A DNA stretch of 64,000 bases from a virus (Duplodnaviria; Heunggongvirae; Uroviricota; Caudoviricetes): IMG/VR virus record IMGVR_UViG_3300021963_000042, positions 1 to 64,000 of that record; one strand, 5' to 3'. Below the pieces are notes generated by a model, which searched no databases, was not told the DNA's origin, and saw nothing but the letters and a program-made list of their open reading frames with translations. The translations under genes and the position numbers were made by a program. This document shows, piece after piece, positions 48,426-58,155 of this stretch (the stretch's first letter is position 1; every line of letters starts with the position of its first letter).

Positions 48426-49163
48426 TTATCCTAGGAAGAATTCAAGTGGAGCAGATTTAGTCATTAACTCATCTTCCAACTCTTTGATTTCTCCTGTAGC
48501 TTCGTCATACAATTTATCACCATCCAAAGTGACACCACCTGGAAGTTGAATGCCTGAAAACTTTTTAATGTTTGTTGCCCATTGACGTTTAAATAGCGCA
48601 GTTACATAGTGTTTTAACCATGCTTCGTTATACACTTTAGTGAACTCTTGTGGATCGAGAACACGATAAGCCTCAACAACAACTAAACTTCCCAATGGAA
48701 GATCTTGAGACCAGTTACAGTCGATATACAAACGATCTTGCATTCTGTTGAATCTGAACAGCTGTGGACCATTCAATTCAAAATCGAGCAAAGAGATATG
48801 GTTCATAACCATCTGATAGTAGATGATTGATGTAGAAGTTAAGTCATACAGATCGTGCAGACGCAATTGATATTGCATGTCAAACAAATTCTTTGTAGAA
48901 GATGCTTGAGTTACTGGGATAACTCTTGTGATGCCGTAAACCAGAGAGTTGATTGGGATATACTTGTTGTCAATATCAGTTTGAGTGATAGCGTGTTTTA
49001 AGTAAACACGCTCGACACCTTCATAGTGATACTGTCTCCAATATTCAAGAGCTTCGTCTATACGATCTTCTAATTGATCCTCATCTACGTTGATCTCAAC
49101 TACAGGTGCGCCCAGCGATCTAAGCGCATACTGTTTTAATCCTTCTCTTGAGCTGACTGCCAT
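48426..49163 (-). CDS. 13: neck protein gp13-like
   Basis: 245 aa. Position upstream of 14. Confidence 0.5.
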   Translation of the reverse strand: MAVSSREGLKQYALRSLGAPVVEINVDEDQLEDRIDEALEYWRQYHYEGVERVYLKHAITQTDIDNKYIPINSLVYGITRVIPVTQASSTKNLFDMQYQLRLHDLYDLTSTSIIYYQMVMNHISLLDFELNGPQLFRFNRMQDRLYIDCNWSQDLPLGSLVVVEAYRVLDPQEFTKVYNEAWLKHYVTALFKRQWATNIKKFSGIQLPGGVTLDGDKLYDEATGEIKELEDELMTKSAPLEFFLG

Positions 49164-49166
49164 TTA

Positions 49167-52100
49167 TTATTCTCCAAGTTTTGCTTTAAGAGCATTAACT
49201 TCAGCGCTAAGTTCTTGAACTGCCTTAATTAGAACAGAAACCATCTGAGCATAGTTAACTGACTTAGTACCTTCTTCATCTGGGCTAGTATGAACGAACT
49301 CAGGAATAATCTTCTCAACTTCTTGAGCAATCAAACCAATTTCGTGTTTGCCGTTATTCTTCATATCATACTCTACAGAGCGTAACTGAAGAACTGTATC
49401 TAAACCATATTTAGAGTCAACAATGTTGTCTTTTAAGCGAACGTCAGATACTTGTTGGAAGTTATTTGCTAGGATACCAGCAGAGTTATAAGTTTGAACC
49501 CAACCTGATTGAGTAGCGTAAATACCGACAGCGTATGTTGCGCTATACCAACCAGCATTACCGTTAGAACGGAACCAACCATCAGTGCCGTTAGTGTAAG
49601 CATCAGCACCTTGCAGGTACTTAGAGTAGTAAGTAGATGGTGTATAACCAAGAGCAGTAGTAACGTCACCAGAAGTCAACGTAACAGCGTTGGCACGTCC
49701 GTTGAACGTAGTAACCATTGCGTTACCAAGATATGACCACTGAACGTCAGTACCATTGGTTGTAAGAACATAACCAGATTGTCCCGCAGATTGAGAAGGT
49801 AAAAGATTAGTTCTTGCACCCTGTGCAGTAGTAGCACCAGTACCACCATTACCGATAGCAAGAGTGCCAGTAACACCTGGAGAAATATCGGCAGATCCGT
49901 TGAACGAAGCAGCGGAATTGCTTCCAAGGTTAGTAGTAATATTACGTGCAGTCTGTAGAGTAGTAGCAGTAGAAGCATTACCACTCAATGCTGCAGTAAC
50001 AGTACCTGCAGAGAAGTTACCAGAAGCATCACGGAATACAATAGTAGAACCAGTGTTAGCGCTAGTTGCGTTGCTAGTTACTGTGAAGGTTGCTGCACCA
50101 GATCCGTTGTAAGTAGTAGAACCACTTAAACCATTACCAGATGTATTTGTAGTAAATGTAGCAAGAGTACTACCAAGAGCAACACCAGAAATTGTGTTGT
50201 TTGACAATGCGCTGTTTGGGATATTGGTGAATGTATTGCTCGCACCAGACATTGTCTTGTTAGTCAATGTATCTGTTGTAGCACGACCAACCAACTGGTC
50301 AGTTGCAGCTGGTAGAGTTAAAGTACCAGAAGCTGCAGCTGTAGAAACGATTGTTGTAGCACCACTTGTAGAACCATTCAAAATCAAGTTCGTACCGAAT
50401 GTCGCTGCGCCAGTAACACCCAAAGTGCTAGAAAGAGTAGTCGCTCCAGTAACACCTAGAGTACCACCAACAGTAGTGTTTCCAGTGATAGCGCCAGTAC
50501 CAGCAACATATAGAGGCTTGTTTAGTTCCCAACGATCGCCACTAGAAGCATAAATGATAGTAGCGTTAGCGCCTGCAACAGTTAAACCAGCACCATTGGC
50601 TGCTGCAGCAGTTGCAGCGTTCTTAGCAACAGTAATGTTCAAGTCAGCAACATCAAGAGTTGTAGCGTTAACTGTAAAGGTTGTGCCAGATACTGTCAGG
50701 TTACCAGAAATAGCTAGGTTGTTATTAACAGTTGTAGTGCCAGTAGAAGCACCAAGACTCAGAGTAGTGGCAGCTCCACCGATGTTTAGAGTAGTCGCAG
50801 TAGCGTTAACCAAGTTAAATGTAGTTTGAGTAGTAGTCAAGCTACCACCATTAACTGCTACGTTGCCACCAACTGTAGTCGCTCCAGTAACACCCAGAGT
50901 GCTAGAAAGAGTCGTTGCACCAGTAACACCTAGAGTACCACCAACAGTAGCATTGTTTGTGATAGAAGCAGAAGCTGATGTTAAACCACCATTGTGAGTT
51001 GTGGCACCTGTGAAAGTAGAAGTGCCAGTTACTGCAAGGGTAGAGCTTAGTGTAGTCGCTCCAGTAACACCTAATGTTCCTGCGATAGCAGTATTACCAG
51101 AAGCAGCAGTTACGTTGAATTTGTTAGTGTTAACAGCTAGATCGCCAGTAACACCTAGAGTGCTGGAAAGAGTAGTCGCTCCAGTAACACCCACTGTTCC
51201 AGAGAATGTAGCGTTACCTGTGTGGCTAGAAGTGCCAGTCACAGATAGGTTGTTATTAACAGTTGTAGTGCCAGTAGAAGCACCAAGACTTAGAGTAGTA
51301 GCTGCGCCAGCAAAGTTAACTGTAGTGGCAACAGTGTTAAACAAGTTCTGTGTGGTATTAGAACCGACAACAGTTCCTGGACGTAGCGTCAGAGTAGCTG
51401 CAGTAGCATTACCCAGAGTAAGAGTAGTTGCTGCGCCGAATGCGTTAACAGTAGTAGCAACTGTATCGAAAACAGACTGTGTAGTATTAACACCGACAAC
51501 AGTTCCTGGACGAACAGTAACTGTAGCTGCAGTAGCATTACCCAAGTTAATAGCAGTAGCAGCGCCACCAATGTTTAACGTAGTAGCAACTGTGTTGTAT
51601 AAGTTCTGAGTTGTCTGAGTACCGACAACAGTTGGGTTACCGATAGTAAGAATACCAGAGTTAGCGCCCAAGTTAATTGTTGACGCTGCACCTAACAAGT
51701 TGGCAGTAGTAGCAGTAGTATTGAATACTGTTACGTTAGTCTGGTTGGTTAGAATATCACCACCATTAACGGAGATGTCACCAAAGATAGAGAATGTTCC
51801 GTCACAGACAATATTCTTAACAACGCTGATACCACCAGCAAAACGAACGGATCCGTTAGCAGAAGTAGTTGCGTCTGTGGTATTGGTATACGTTACGATA
51901 CCGTTATCGAATGTTACGTTAGGGTTGCTAATGGTTAACAATCCACCAGCAGTAGAGCCAATGTTTACGTTAGTTGTAGAACCTGTTAGACCACCAGTAC
52001 CTAAGTTTAACGTCTTAGTTGTTGCAGTGGCAGTAGCGCCAGTTGCAATATTTGTAGTTTGAGCTGCAGTAACACCAGTACCAATATTCAGAGTAGTCGC

Positions 52101-53414
52101 AGCACCGAATGCATTGACAGTAGATGCTACAGTATTAAATAGAGCTTGTGTGGTATTAGCGCCAACGATAGTTGGGTTGTTGACTGTTAGAGTACCAGTG
52201 CTTGCGCCTAAAGAGATAGCAGTGGCAGATCCACCAACTGTAATAGATGTTTGGGATGCGTCGTTCAGAACAGCAGTAGAAGTTAATACTGGTACGTTAT
52301 TGATCTTGAATGTTTTACCAGTAGCTAAGTTCCAGTTTTCTGAAGAAGTCCAGTTAGTATTAGTTTGATCCCAGATGATTGTTTTATCCGTAGCACCCTT
52401 AAGAGTGATACCACCACCATCGGCTGTAGCGTTAGTTGGAGTTGCTACAGAACCCAACTCAATATTTTTATCATCAACAGAAACAGTTACTGCATTAATC
52501 GTTTCAGTAGTTCCGTTTACAGTGAATGTTCCAGTAACAACCAAGTCGTTACGTACTGTAGTAGTGCCAGTAAGAGCACCGATAGAAACTGAAGTAGCAG
52601 CGTTACCAATGTTTAGCGTAGTGGCGTTAGTGTTGAATAGAGTAGCAGTCGTTGCTGTAGTAGTAACGTCACCACCATTAACTGCGATATCGGTAGCTAG
52701 GGTTGCATTGTTTGCTGAGAAGTCACCGTTGGCATCACGTGCCATAATAGCGCTGGCAGTATTGTTTGGTGTAGAGTTAACAGAAACTAATGGATTGCCA
52801 GAAACGCCATCTCCGTTGGAGACGGAAATACCTTGACCAGAAACAGTAACAGCACGACCAGTGTAAGTACCTTTAGCAGTACGAGTCACCAAACCAGAAA
52901 CTGTATTTTGTGCAACACCACGACTCTCAACACCAAGCCATTTTTCAAATGTAATAGCGTGGAGGTCTATAGTAGTAGGTTGTGAAGTTAGTTTCCAAAC
53001 AGTTTCGTTGTGAGTAGAACCCTCAGCAACGTATATAAACATACCAAGTTTAATATTTAATATTTTATCGAAGTCGAATGCACGAGTCCAAACAGCTGGA
53101 AGATCTTGAACAACGTAAATACCATTCTTGGAAGAGTCACTTTGCCCCGCAACCAGAATGCGATCACCAGCTACAACAGAAACTCCATCAATAGTTTGAG
53201 TTCCAGATAAAGTTATATTTGATGTAGTAACAACTCTAACAGGATTAGATTTATATTGTGTACTGCCAGTAACTTGTTCTAAACCACCAGGAGTCGCACC
53301 ATCATGGATGCGCATTACTTTATTAGTGGTATCAAAGGTTGGTTCTGCATTAGCACCAGTAAACGTCTGGTGCTGAGTGTAAGTACCTCTTCTTAATTGT
53401 ATTTGTGTTGGCAT
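49167..53414 (-). CDS. large fibre protein with C-terminal intramolecular chaperone (peptidase S74-type)
   Basis: 1415 aa. Fibre-type N-terminus (IQLRRGT...GEP...RIHDG). Extensive Thr/Gly/Ala/Val/Asn repeats. C-terminus DVRLKDNI...IGLIAQEVEKIIPEFV... Confidence 0.6.
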   Translation of the reverse strand: MPTQIQLRRGTYTQHQTFTGANAEPTFDTTNKVMRIHDGATPGGLEQVTGSTQYKSNPVRVVTTSNITLSGTQTIDGVSVVAGDRILVAGQSDSSKNGIYVVQDLPAVWTRAFDFDKILNIKLGMFIYVAEGSTHNETVWKLTSQPTTIDLHAITFEKWLGVESRGVAQNTVSGLVTRTAKGTYTGRAVTVSGQGISVSNGDGVSGNPLVSVNSTPNNTASAIMARDANGDFSANNATLATDIAVNGGDVTTTATTATLFNTNATTLNIGNAATSVSIGALTGTTTVRNDLVVTGTFTVNGTTETINAVTVSVDDKNIELGSVATPTNATADGGGITLKGATDKTIIWDQTNTNWTSSENWNLATGKTFKINNVPVLTSTAVLNDASQTSITVGGSATAISLGASTGTLTVNNPTIVGANTTQALFNTVASTVNAFGAATTLNIGTGVTAAQTTNIATGATATATTKTLNLGTGGLTGSTTNVNIGSTAGGLLTISNPNVTFDNGIVTYTNTTDATTSANGSVRFAGGISVVKNIVCDGTFSIFGDISVNGGDILTNQTNVTVFNTTATTANLLGAASTINLGANSGILTIGNPTVVGTQTTQNLYNTVATTLNIGGAATAINLGNATAATVTVRPGTVVGVNTTQSVFDTVATTVNAFGAATTLTLGNATAATLTLRPGTVVGSNTTQNLFNTVATTVNFAGAATTLSLGASTGTTTVNNNLSVTGTSSHTGNATFSGTVGVTGATTLSSTLGVTGDLAVNTNKFNVTAASGNTAIAGTLGVTGATTLSSTLAVTGTSTFTGATTHNGGLTSASASITNNATVGGTLGVTGATTLSSTLGVTGATTVGGNVAVNGGSLTTTQTTFNLVNATATTLNIGGAATTLSLGASTGTTTVNNNLAISGNLTVSGTTFTVNATTLDVADLNITVAKNAATAAAANGAGLTVAGANATIIYASSGDRWELNKPLYVAGTGAITGNTTVGGTLGVTGATTLSSTLGVTGAATFGTNLILNGSTSGATTIVSTAAASGTLTLPAATDQLVGRATTDTLTNKTMSGASNTFTNIPNSALSNNTISGVALGSTLATFTTNTSGNGLSGSTTYNGSGAATFTVTSNATSANTGSTIVFRDASGNFSAGTVTAALSGNASTATTLQTARNITTNLGSNSAASFNGSADISPGVTGTLAIGNGGTGATTAQGARTNLLPSQSAGQSGYVLTTNGTDVQWSYLGNAMVTTFNGRANAVTLTSGDVTTALGYTPSTYYSKYLQGADAYTNGTDGWFRSNGNAGWYSATYAVGIYATQSGWVQTYNSAGILANNFQQVSDVRLKDNIVDSKYGLDTVLQLRSVEYDMKNNGKHEIGLIAQEVEKIIPEFVHTSPDEEGTKSVNYAQMVSVLIKAVQELSAEVNALKAKLGE

Positions 53415-53424
53415 CTTTTATTCC

Positions 53425-53955
53425 TTAAGCAAGTGCTCCAAAATCTACAGTATTGAATACTCCATCTGGACCCATGTTATCGTATGTAATAATTGCAATA
53501 ATTGGGACACCGAAAGCATCATATGCAGCTGCTGAAACGATGTCGCCATAATCGCCTTTAGGATAACCAGAAGCTGATGCAGTACCGTCTGCATATGCTT
53601 TGTTTGCAGCATCTGTATTTCCAATTGGGGCTGATAATCCAGTAATAACATTGCCGTTCATTGACAGAGGAACATCGAATGTTACCTGTCCGCCACCGAA
53701 CCTAGCGATTGTTAATCCACCGACCTGGATGTTTAGAATAGAGTTGTTAGATGCGTCTTTTGTAAAAGTTACCGCACTATTTGTCGATGGCTGAGTGAAA
53801 CCACGTGAAGCAAATGCTTCGATCTCATTATTTGAATTTTTAAAGTAGAGATATCCATCCGCATAGTTTAGCGCAACCTCACCAAATTCGAGGTCGGTTA
53901 ATTGCGGAACTTTCGTCGTTACTGACGATTTTTTAAGAATAATCTTATTCGACAT
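53425..53955 (-). CDS. fibre-associated protein with conserved fibre N-terminal motif
   Basis: 176 aa. KKSSVTTKVPQLTDLEFGEVALNYADGYLYFK. Confidence 0.4.
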   Translation of the reverse strand: MSNKIILKKSSVTTKVPQLTDLEFGEVALNYADGYLYFKNSNNEIEAFASRGFTQPSTNSAVTFTKDASNNSILNIQVGGLTIARFGGGQVTFDVPLSMNGNVITGLSAPIGNTDAANKAYADGTASASGYPKGDYGDIVSAAAYDAFGVPIIAIITYDNMGPDGVFNTVDFGALA

Positions 53956-54040
53956 TATATCTCTATTCTAAAAAGAATGACGGAAGCAGTAAAAACTGCT
54001 GGGTGGAGTTTCAACCACCCTTGTTATTTAGTTGTCAATT

Positions 54041-56812
54041 TTAATATGTTCCACCATCGATGTTGAAACCATCAATAGTAGAAGTTGCAGCACCAGCACC
54101 AGTAATATTAGTACCAACATACATTGCTTTAGCAACGGATAGACCACCTGAAAGAACAACACCAGCAGTACCAAGCGCAGTGGCGTCAGTAGTACCAGTG
54201 AAAGTAACTGCACCAGAAGCAGACAGAGTTGTAGCAGCTACAGAACCTGCGAAGCTAGAAGCAGTAATTGTCTTATTACTTAACGATTCAGCGCCAGCCA
54301 GAGTAGCCAAAGTACCAGTAGTTGGTAGTGTGACGTTAGTTGCAGCAGTAGAAGTAAGAGTAGTACTGAACGCACCAGCAGTTGCAAGAGTACCGCCAGA
54401 AACAATAGTCAACGTACCAGTTGTACTAGTGATTGTTAATCCGTTAACAGTCTTGTTAGTTAATGCTTCAGTTCCAGCTAAAGTAGCAAGAGTACCAGTA
54501 ACAGGTAGTGTTAATGTAGTATTAGCAGTAGCAGTTAAAGTTGTAGAGAACGCACCTGAAGTAGTAAGGTTACCACCAAGAGTGATAGTCTTACCGCTGT
54601 TGTTAACGCCAGTACCACCATATTGACCAGCAACAATAGTGCCTTGCCAAGTACCACTAGAAATAGTACCAAGAGTGGTGATAGAAGTTTGACCAACATA
54701 AGTGGCAGCAATATCAATTGCATCTGCAGAGATAGAAATGCGGTTTGCGGTACCAACTGCGTTTAGCGTATTACCAGTCTTAGTTAAACCATCGCCAGCG
54801 ATAATCTGACCAGCACCAGAGAACTGAACCCAGTTGATGTTGCTAGTACCAATAGTGATAGTACCAGTTGAAGTACAAACAAATCCGTTATTAGCGTTTT
54901 GTGTACCTTCTTCAACGAAAGTGAAAGCACCTGGAGTAACTTCAGGTTGTTGGTCAGCGTCAACAGAGCGAGTCAATACCCAGTTTGTAGAGGCAGTACC
55001 AACTGTAGTAACAGTATAGATACCGTTCTGAAGAGCGGATGCTTGGTCTTTAACAAGAACACGATCGCCAAGGACAGCAACAATAGAGTCAACTGTAAAG
55101 GCAGCTTGAGTACCAGCGTTAGTAAGAGTAGCACCAACACCAGAAGATCCGTTAGCATAAGTTGCAGTTAATGCAGTAGTTGTTGCGATGCGAACTGAAT
55201 CTTTAGGGTCTAGACCAGTCTTAACAGCATCAACGTAGTTCTTAGTAGCAGCATCAGTTGCTTGAGTAGGTTCAGCAACAGAAGTGATACGCTTGTTAGC
55301 GACGTCAACAGTACCAGTACCAGTTGGCACCAAGTTAACGCTGTTGTTGCCAGCAGCGCCTGCAAGAGTCAAGCTACCAGAAGTAGCAGTGATACTAGTT
55401 GCAAGAGCAGCGCCAAGAGTTGGTGTTACCAATGTTGGGCTAGTTGCAAACACTAGAGAACCAGTGCCAGTCTCATCAGAGATAACCCCTGCCAATTCAG
55501 CAGAAGTAGTTGAAGCGAATACGTTTAGTTTGTTTGCTACATAAGCAACAGTACCGCCACCACCAAACGCTACAGTAGAAGTATCAGTACCAGTAAATGT
55601 TAATGTATTGCTTGCAGTAAGAGTTTTACCGTCAGCGATAGTTAATGTAGAACCAGTCGCAGGAGCAGTAATCGCTACTTTGTTAATAGATGTAGCAGAA
55701 GCAACACCCAATGTAGGTGTCACTAAAGTTGGGCTAGTATTGAATACTAATAGACCAGAACCTGTCTCATCTGTCATTGAAGCCAGAAGTTGAGCAGAAG
55801 TAGCAACTAATGTGTTATTTGCTAAGTTGATGGTCTTGTTTGTAAGAGTATCAGTTGTAGCACGACCAACCAACTGGTCAGTTGCAGCTGGTAGAGTTAA
55901 AGTATTTGAACCCGCAACTGCTGCAGCAGCAACAGTAATTGTACCAGAAGTAGAACCATTAAATGTAGCGCCAGCAGATCCAATAGTTGGAGTGTTTAAT
56001 AGTGCGCTAGTTAATGTCTTGTTGGTAAGGGTTTGTGTGCCAGTTAATGTAACAACAGTAGAATCAATATTAAATGTTACATTATTCAGTGCTGAGTTGA
56101 TTACAGAATCAATACCAGTACCACCAACGAATGTCAGAGTATCTGTCGCAAGAGCGATAGTATCTGCTCCAGTATCAGCAGCAATACTTAAAGATGTTGT
56201 AATACCAACAGTACCAGCAGCAGTTAATTGACCTTGCGCATTAACAGTGAATGTTGGGATCGCTGTTGCAGAACCATATGTTCCAGCAGTAACACCAGTG
56301 TTAGTGATAGACAGAGTAGTTGTATTACCAGCATCGCTTACCGTAGAAGTGATACCTGTACCATTAACAATAGTACCGCCAACTAAGTCATAGATGTACT
56401 CAGCTAGTGTATCTGTTGTACCATTGATGTATGGGTTATTAAGGACTAACTTGCCAGTGCCGTTTGGAGTGATGTTAATATCACCATTGGCATTGGTAGA
56501 AGATAGTGTGCTTGATGTTAACTGTAAGTTACCAACTAGCCACTTGTCAATACTTCCTGTTGCGGAAAGAACTGGGATTGAAGATGCGCTCGTTGTTAAA
56601 GTTCCTGCAACGGATGCATCAATTAAGCCAGTATAGTAAGTACCACCAATAACCAAGTGGTTAGCAGCGTTACCCGAAGTTTCTACGCCCATACCAATGT
56701 ATAAGCGATTGCCCCCAGCGCCATTTAAGGCTGAGTATGCTAATTCGCCTGCAGCTAGGGTAGTTGGATTACCAGCTGTAGACGAGCGTTTAATTCTAAT
56801 AATAGAAGCCAT
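54041..56812 (-). CDS. tail fibre protein
   Basis: 923 aa. IRIKRSSTAGNPTTLAAGELAY N-terminal motif. Thr/Gly/Ala/Ser-rich beta-repeats with recurring TLTNKT. Confidence 0.55.
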   Translation of the reverse strand: MASIIRIKRSSTAGNPTTLAAGELAYSALNGAGGNRLYIGMGVETSGNAANHLVIGGTYYTGLIDASVAGTLTTSASSIPVLSATGSIDKWLVGNLQLTSSTLSSTNANGDINITPNGTGKLVLNNPYINGTTDTLAEYIYDLVGGTIVNGTGITSTVSDAGNTTTLSITNTGVTAGTYGSATAIPTFTVNAQGQLTAAGTVGITTSLSIAADTGADTIALATDTLTFVGGTGIDSVINSALNNVTFNIDSTVVTLTGTQTLTNKTLTSALLNTPTIGSAGATFNGSTSGTITVAAAAVAGSNTLTLPAATDQLVGRATTDTLTNKTINLANNTLVATSAQLLASMTDETGSGLLVFNTSPTLVTPTLGVASATSINKVAITAPATGSTLTIADGKTLTASNTLTFTGTDTSTVAFGGGGTVAYVANKLNVFASTTSAELAGVISDETGTGSLVFATSPTLVTPTLGAALATSITATSGSLTLAGAAGNNSVNLVPTGTGTVDVANKRITSVAEPTQATDAATKNYVDAVKTGLDPKDSVRIATTTALTATYANGSSGVGATLTNAGTQAAFTVDSIVAVLGDRVLVKDQASALQNGIYTVTTVGTASTNWVLTRSVDADQQPEVTPGAFTFVEEGTQNANNGFVCTSTGTITIGTSNINWVQFSGAGQIIAGDGLTKTGNTLNAVGTANRISISADAIDIAATYVGQTSITTLGTISSGTWQGTIVAGQYGGTGVNNSGKTITLGGNLTTSGAFSTTLTATANTTLTLPVTGTLATLAGTEALTNKTVNGLTITSTTGTLTIVSGGTLATAGAFSTTLTSTAATNVTLPTTGTLATLAGAESLSNKTITASSFAGSVAATTLSASGAVTFTGTTDATALGTAGVVLSGGLSVAKAMYVGTNITGAGAATSTIDGFNIDGGTY

Positions 56813-56824
56813 CTATGTTCTCCG

Positions 56825-57070
56825 TTAAAATTCGCCACCTTCCATGTCCTGTGCATCTAGCACAGTGGAAGCTGTCCATCTATTTGTTGTTGTTTTGTAA
56901 ATTAAAATTGACCCATCGATTTTATTAGTTGTATCAACATCAGCAATTGCTGACATAGATTCTACTACTGCTGGGTTGGACACGTTTGATGAAGAAAGTG
57001 TAAGAACACCTTCAGAGACTGCCACCTGAAGAGCTTCATCTGCTTGTACAATAGCGATTGTATCTGCCAT
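56825..57070 (-). CDS. hypothetical fibre-module protein
   Basis: 81-aa ORF. Confidence 0.3.
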   Translation of the reverse strand: MADTIAIVQADEALQVAVSEGVLTLSSSNVSNPAVVESMSAIADVDTTNKIDGSILIYKTTTNRWTASTVLDAQDMEGGEF

Positions 57071-57072
57071 AG

Positions 57073-57408
57073 TTATGATTGCGTTATTTGAGGTATTACT
57101 GTAACCACACCTTCTACAACTCGAGTTTTGGATCCAGATGGGGATGTAATTTCCACATCATACAACCATCTTCCTGCTGGAATTGCTTCGGACTGTTGTG
57201 GGGATAACTGTAAACGAATTTTGCCTGTATCTGCATTAAATACACTGGCAGTAAAATTATATGCTGTGCTTGAACTGTACGATTTTCTCATTTGAGACGC
57301 AACCGTATACCCAGTCAAATTTAATGGTTGGCCATTAGCTGCACTGACTGTAATTATATTGCTATAATTTGCACCAGCGTCAACAAAAAGGTTACTGATA
57401 GTCGCCAT
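57073..57408 (-). CDS. hypothetical (possible Ig-like) protein
   Basis: 111-aa ORF. Confidence 0.3.
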   Translation of the reverse strand: MATISNLFVDAGANYSNIITVSAANGQPLNLTGYTVASQMRKSYSSSTAYNFTASVFNADTGKIRLQLSPQQSEAIPAGRWLYDVEITSPSGSKTRVVEGVVTVIPQITQS

Positions 57409-57504
57409 GAATTCCCCAAAATTGTATTTCTCAACAGTTATTTATGTTATTTCAGATCGCTAAATATAACAGCTGCGAAGCGAATTTAACCTTATGGAGA
57501 TAAT

Positions 57505-58155
57505 ATGGAAGATCAAAATCAAACCAACTTACCTTCGCCATTAGTCGGCGATGCACCAACAGAAGACTATAACTTCGAATATTCACCAGTCGAAGAAACT
57601 TTTCAAAGACGTCTTTTCCCAACAATTTTCGCAAGCTATAAATTTGCAGATTGGGAAAAAATTGCCCAACCTCTGATCAATCTATCGAATGGATGGAATG
57701 TTCCAGATGAAGATCATGGCAAAGATATTATGGAATTAGATCATCCTGCAGTCAATAGACTGAAAGAAATCGTCTATGAGATCTGCGAAGGTCTTGAGTT
57801 ATCAAAAGACGACAATGGTAGAACACCAGTTATTGTAGGTTCAAATACATTGTTCCAACAAAAGGGCGAACACATTCCACCACATAACTACGAGTTCTCT
57901 ACTTTAGTATTCTCGTTCGTGGCGAATGTTGGGGAAAATGGTCCAATGACATACTTCCCAGATCCACGTGGTGGCGTACAAGCCTTGCGTAAAATTGTTT
58001 CTCAAAATCTAGTTAGCACAAGTTTCGGCATTAAGAGTCGCATTGGAGAAATCTATGTAACTCCAGGTTATGCTCAGCGTTACATCGAAACTAACTTAGA
58101 ATCAGAAACCCACGTAATCGTAAACGTCCGTGTTAACTTTGTTATGATTAGTTAA
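57505..58155 (+). CDS. divergent 2OG-Fe(II) oxygenase-like protein (TIGR02466-like)
   Basis: The only plus-strand gene, with a GGAG SD. RLFPTIFAS resembles the paralogue N-terminus. HIPPHNYEFSTLVFSFV and VNVRVNF fall at equivalent motif positions. Confidence 0.4.
   Translation: MEDQNQTNLPSPLVGDAPTEDYNFEYSPVEETFQRRLFPTIFASYKFADWEKIAQPLINLSNGWNVPDEDHGKDIMELDHPAVNRLKEIVYEICEGLELSKDDNGRTPVIVGSNTLFQQKGEHIPPHNYEFSTLVFSFVANVGENGPMTYFPDPRGGVQALRKIVSQNLVSTSFGIKSRIGEIYVTPGYAQRYIETNLESETHVIVNVRVNFVMIS

Noticed and set aside
50194-52836. Series of plus-strand ORFs (Ala/Val/Pro/Thr-rich, 75-202 aa) and same-strand alternate-frame ORFs inside the 1415-aa fibre gene
   Set aside because: They are antisense or alternate-frame artefacts of the low-complexity repetitive fibre coding sequence. 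They lack RBS and are fully nested in a well-supported gene.
54060-56636. Plus-strand and alternate-frame ORFs inside the 923-aa fibre gene
   Set aside because: Same reason as above: compositional artefacts of Thr/Gly/Ala-rich coding sequence.
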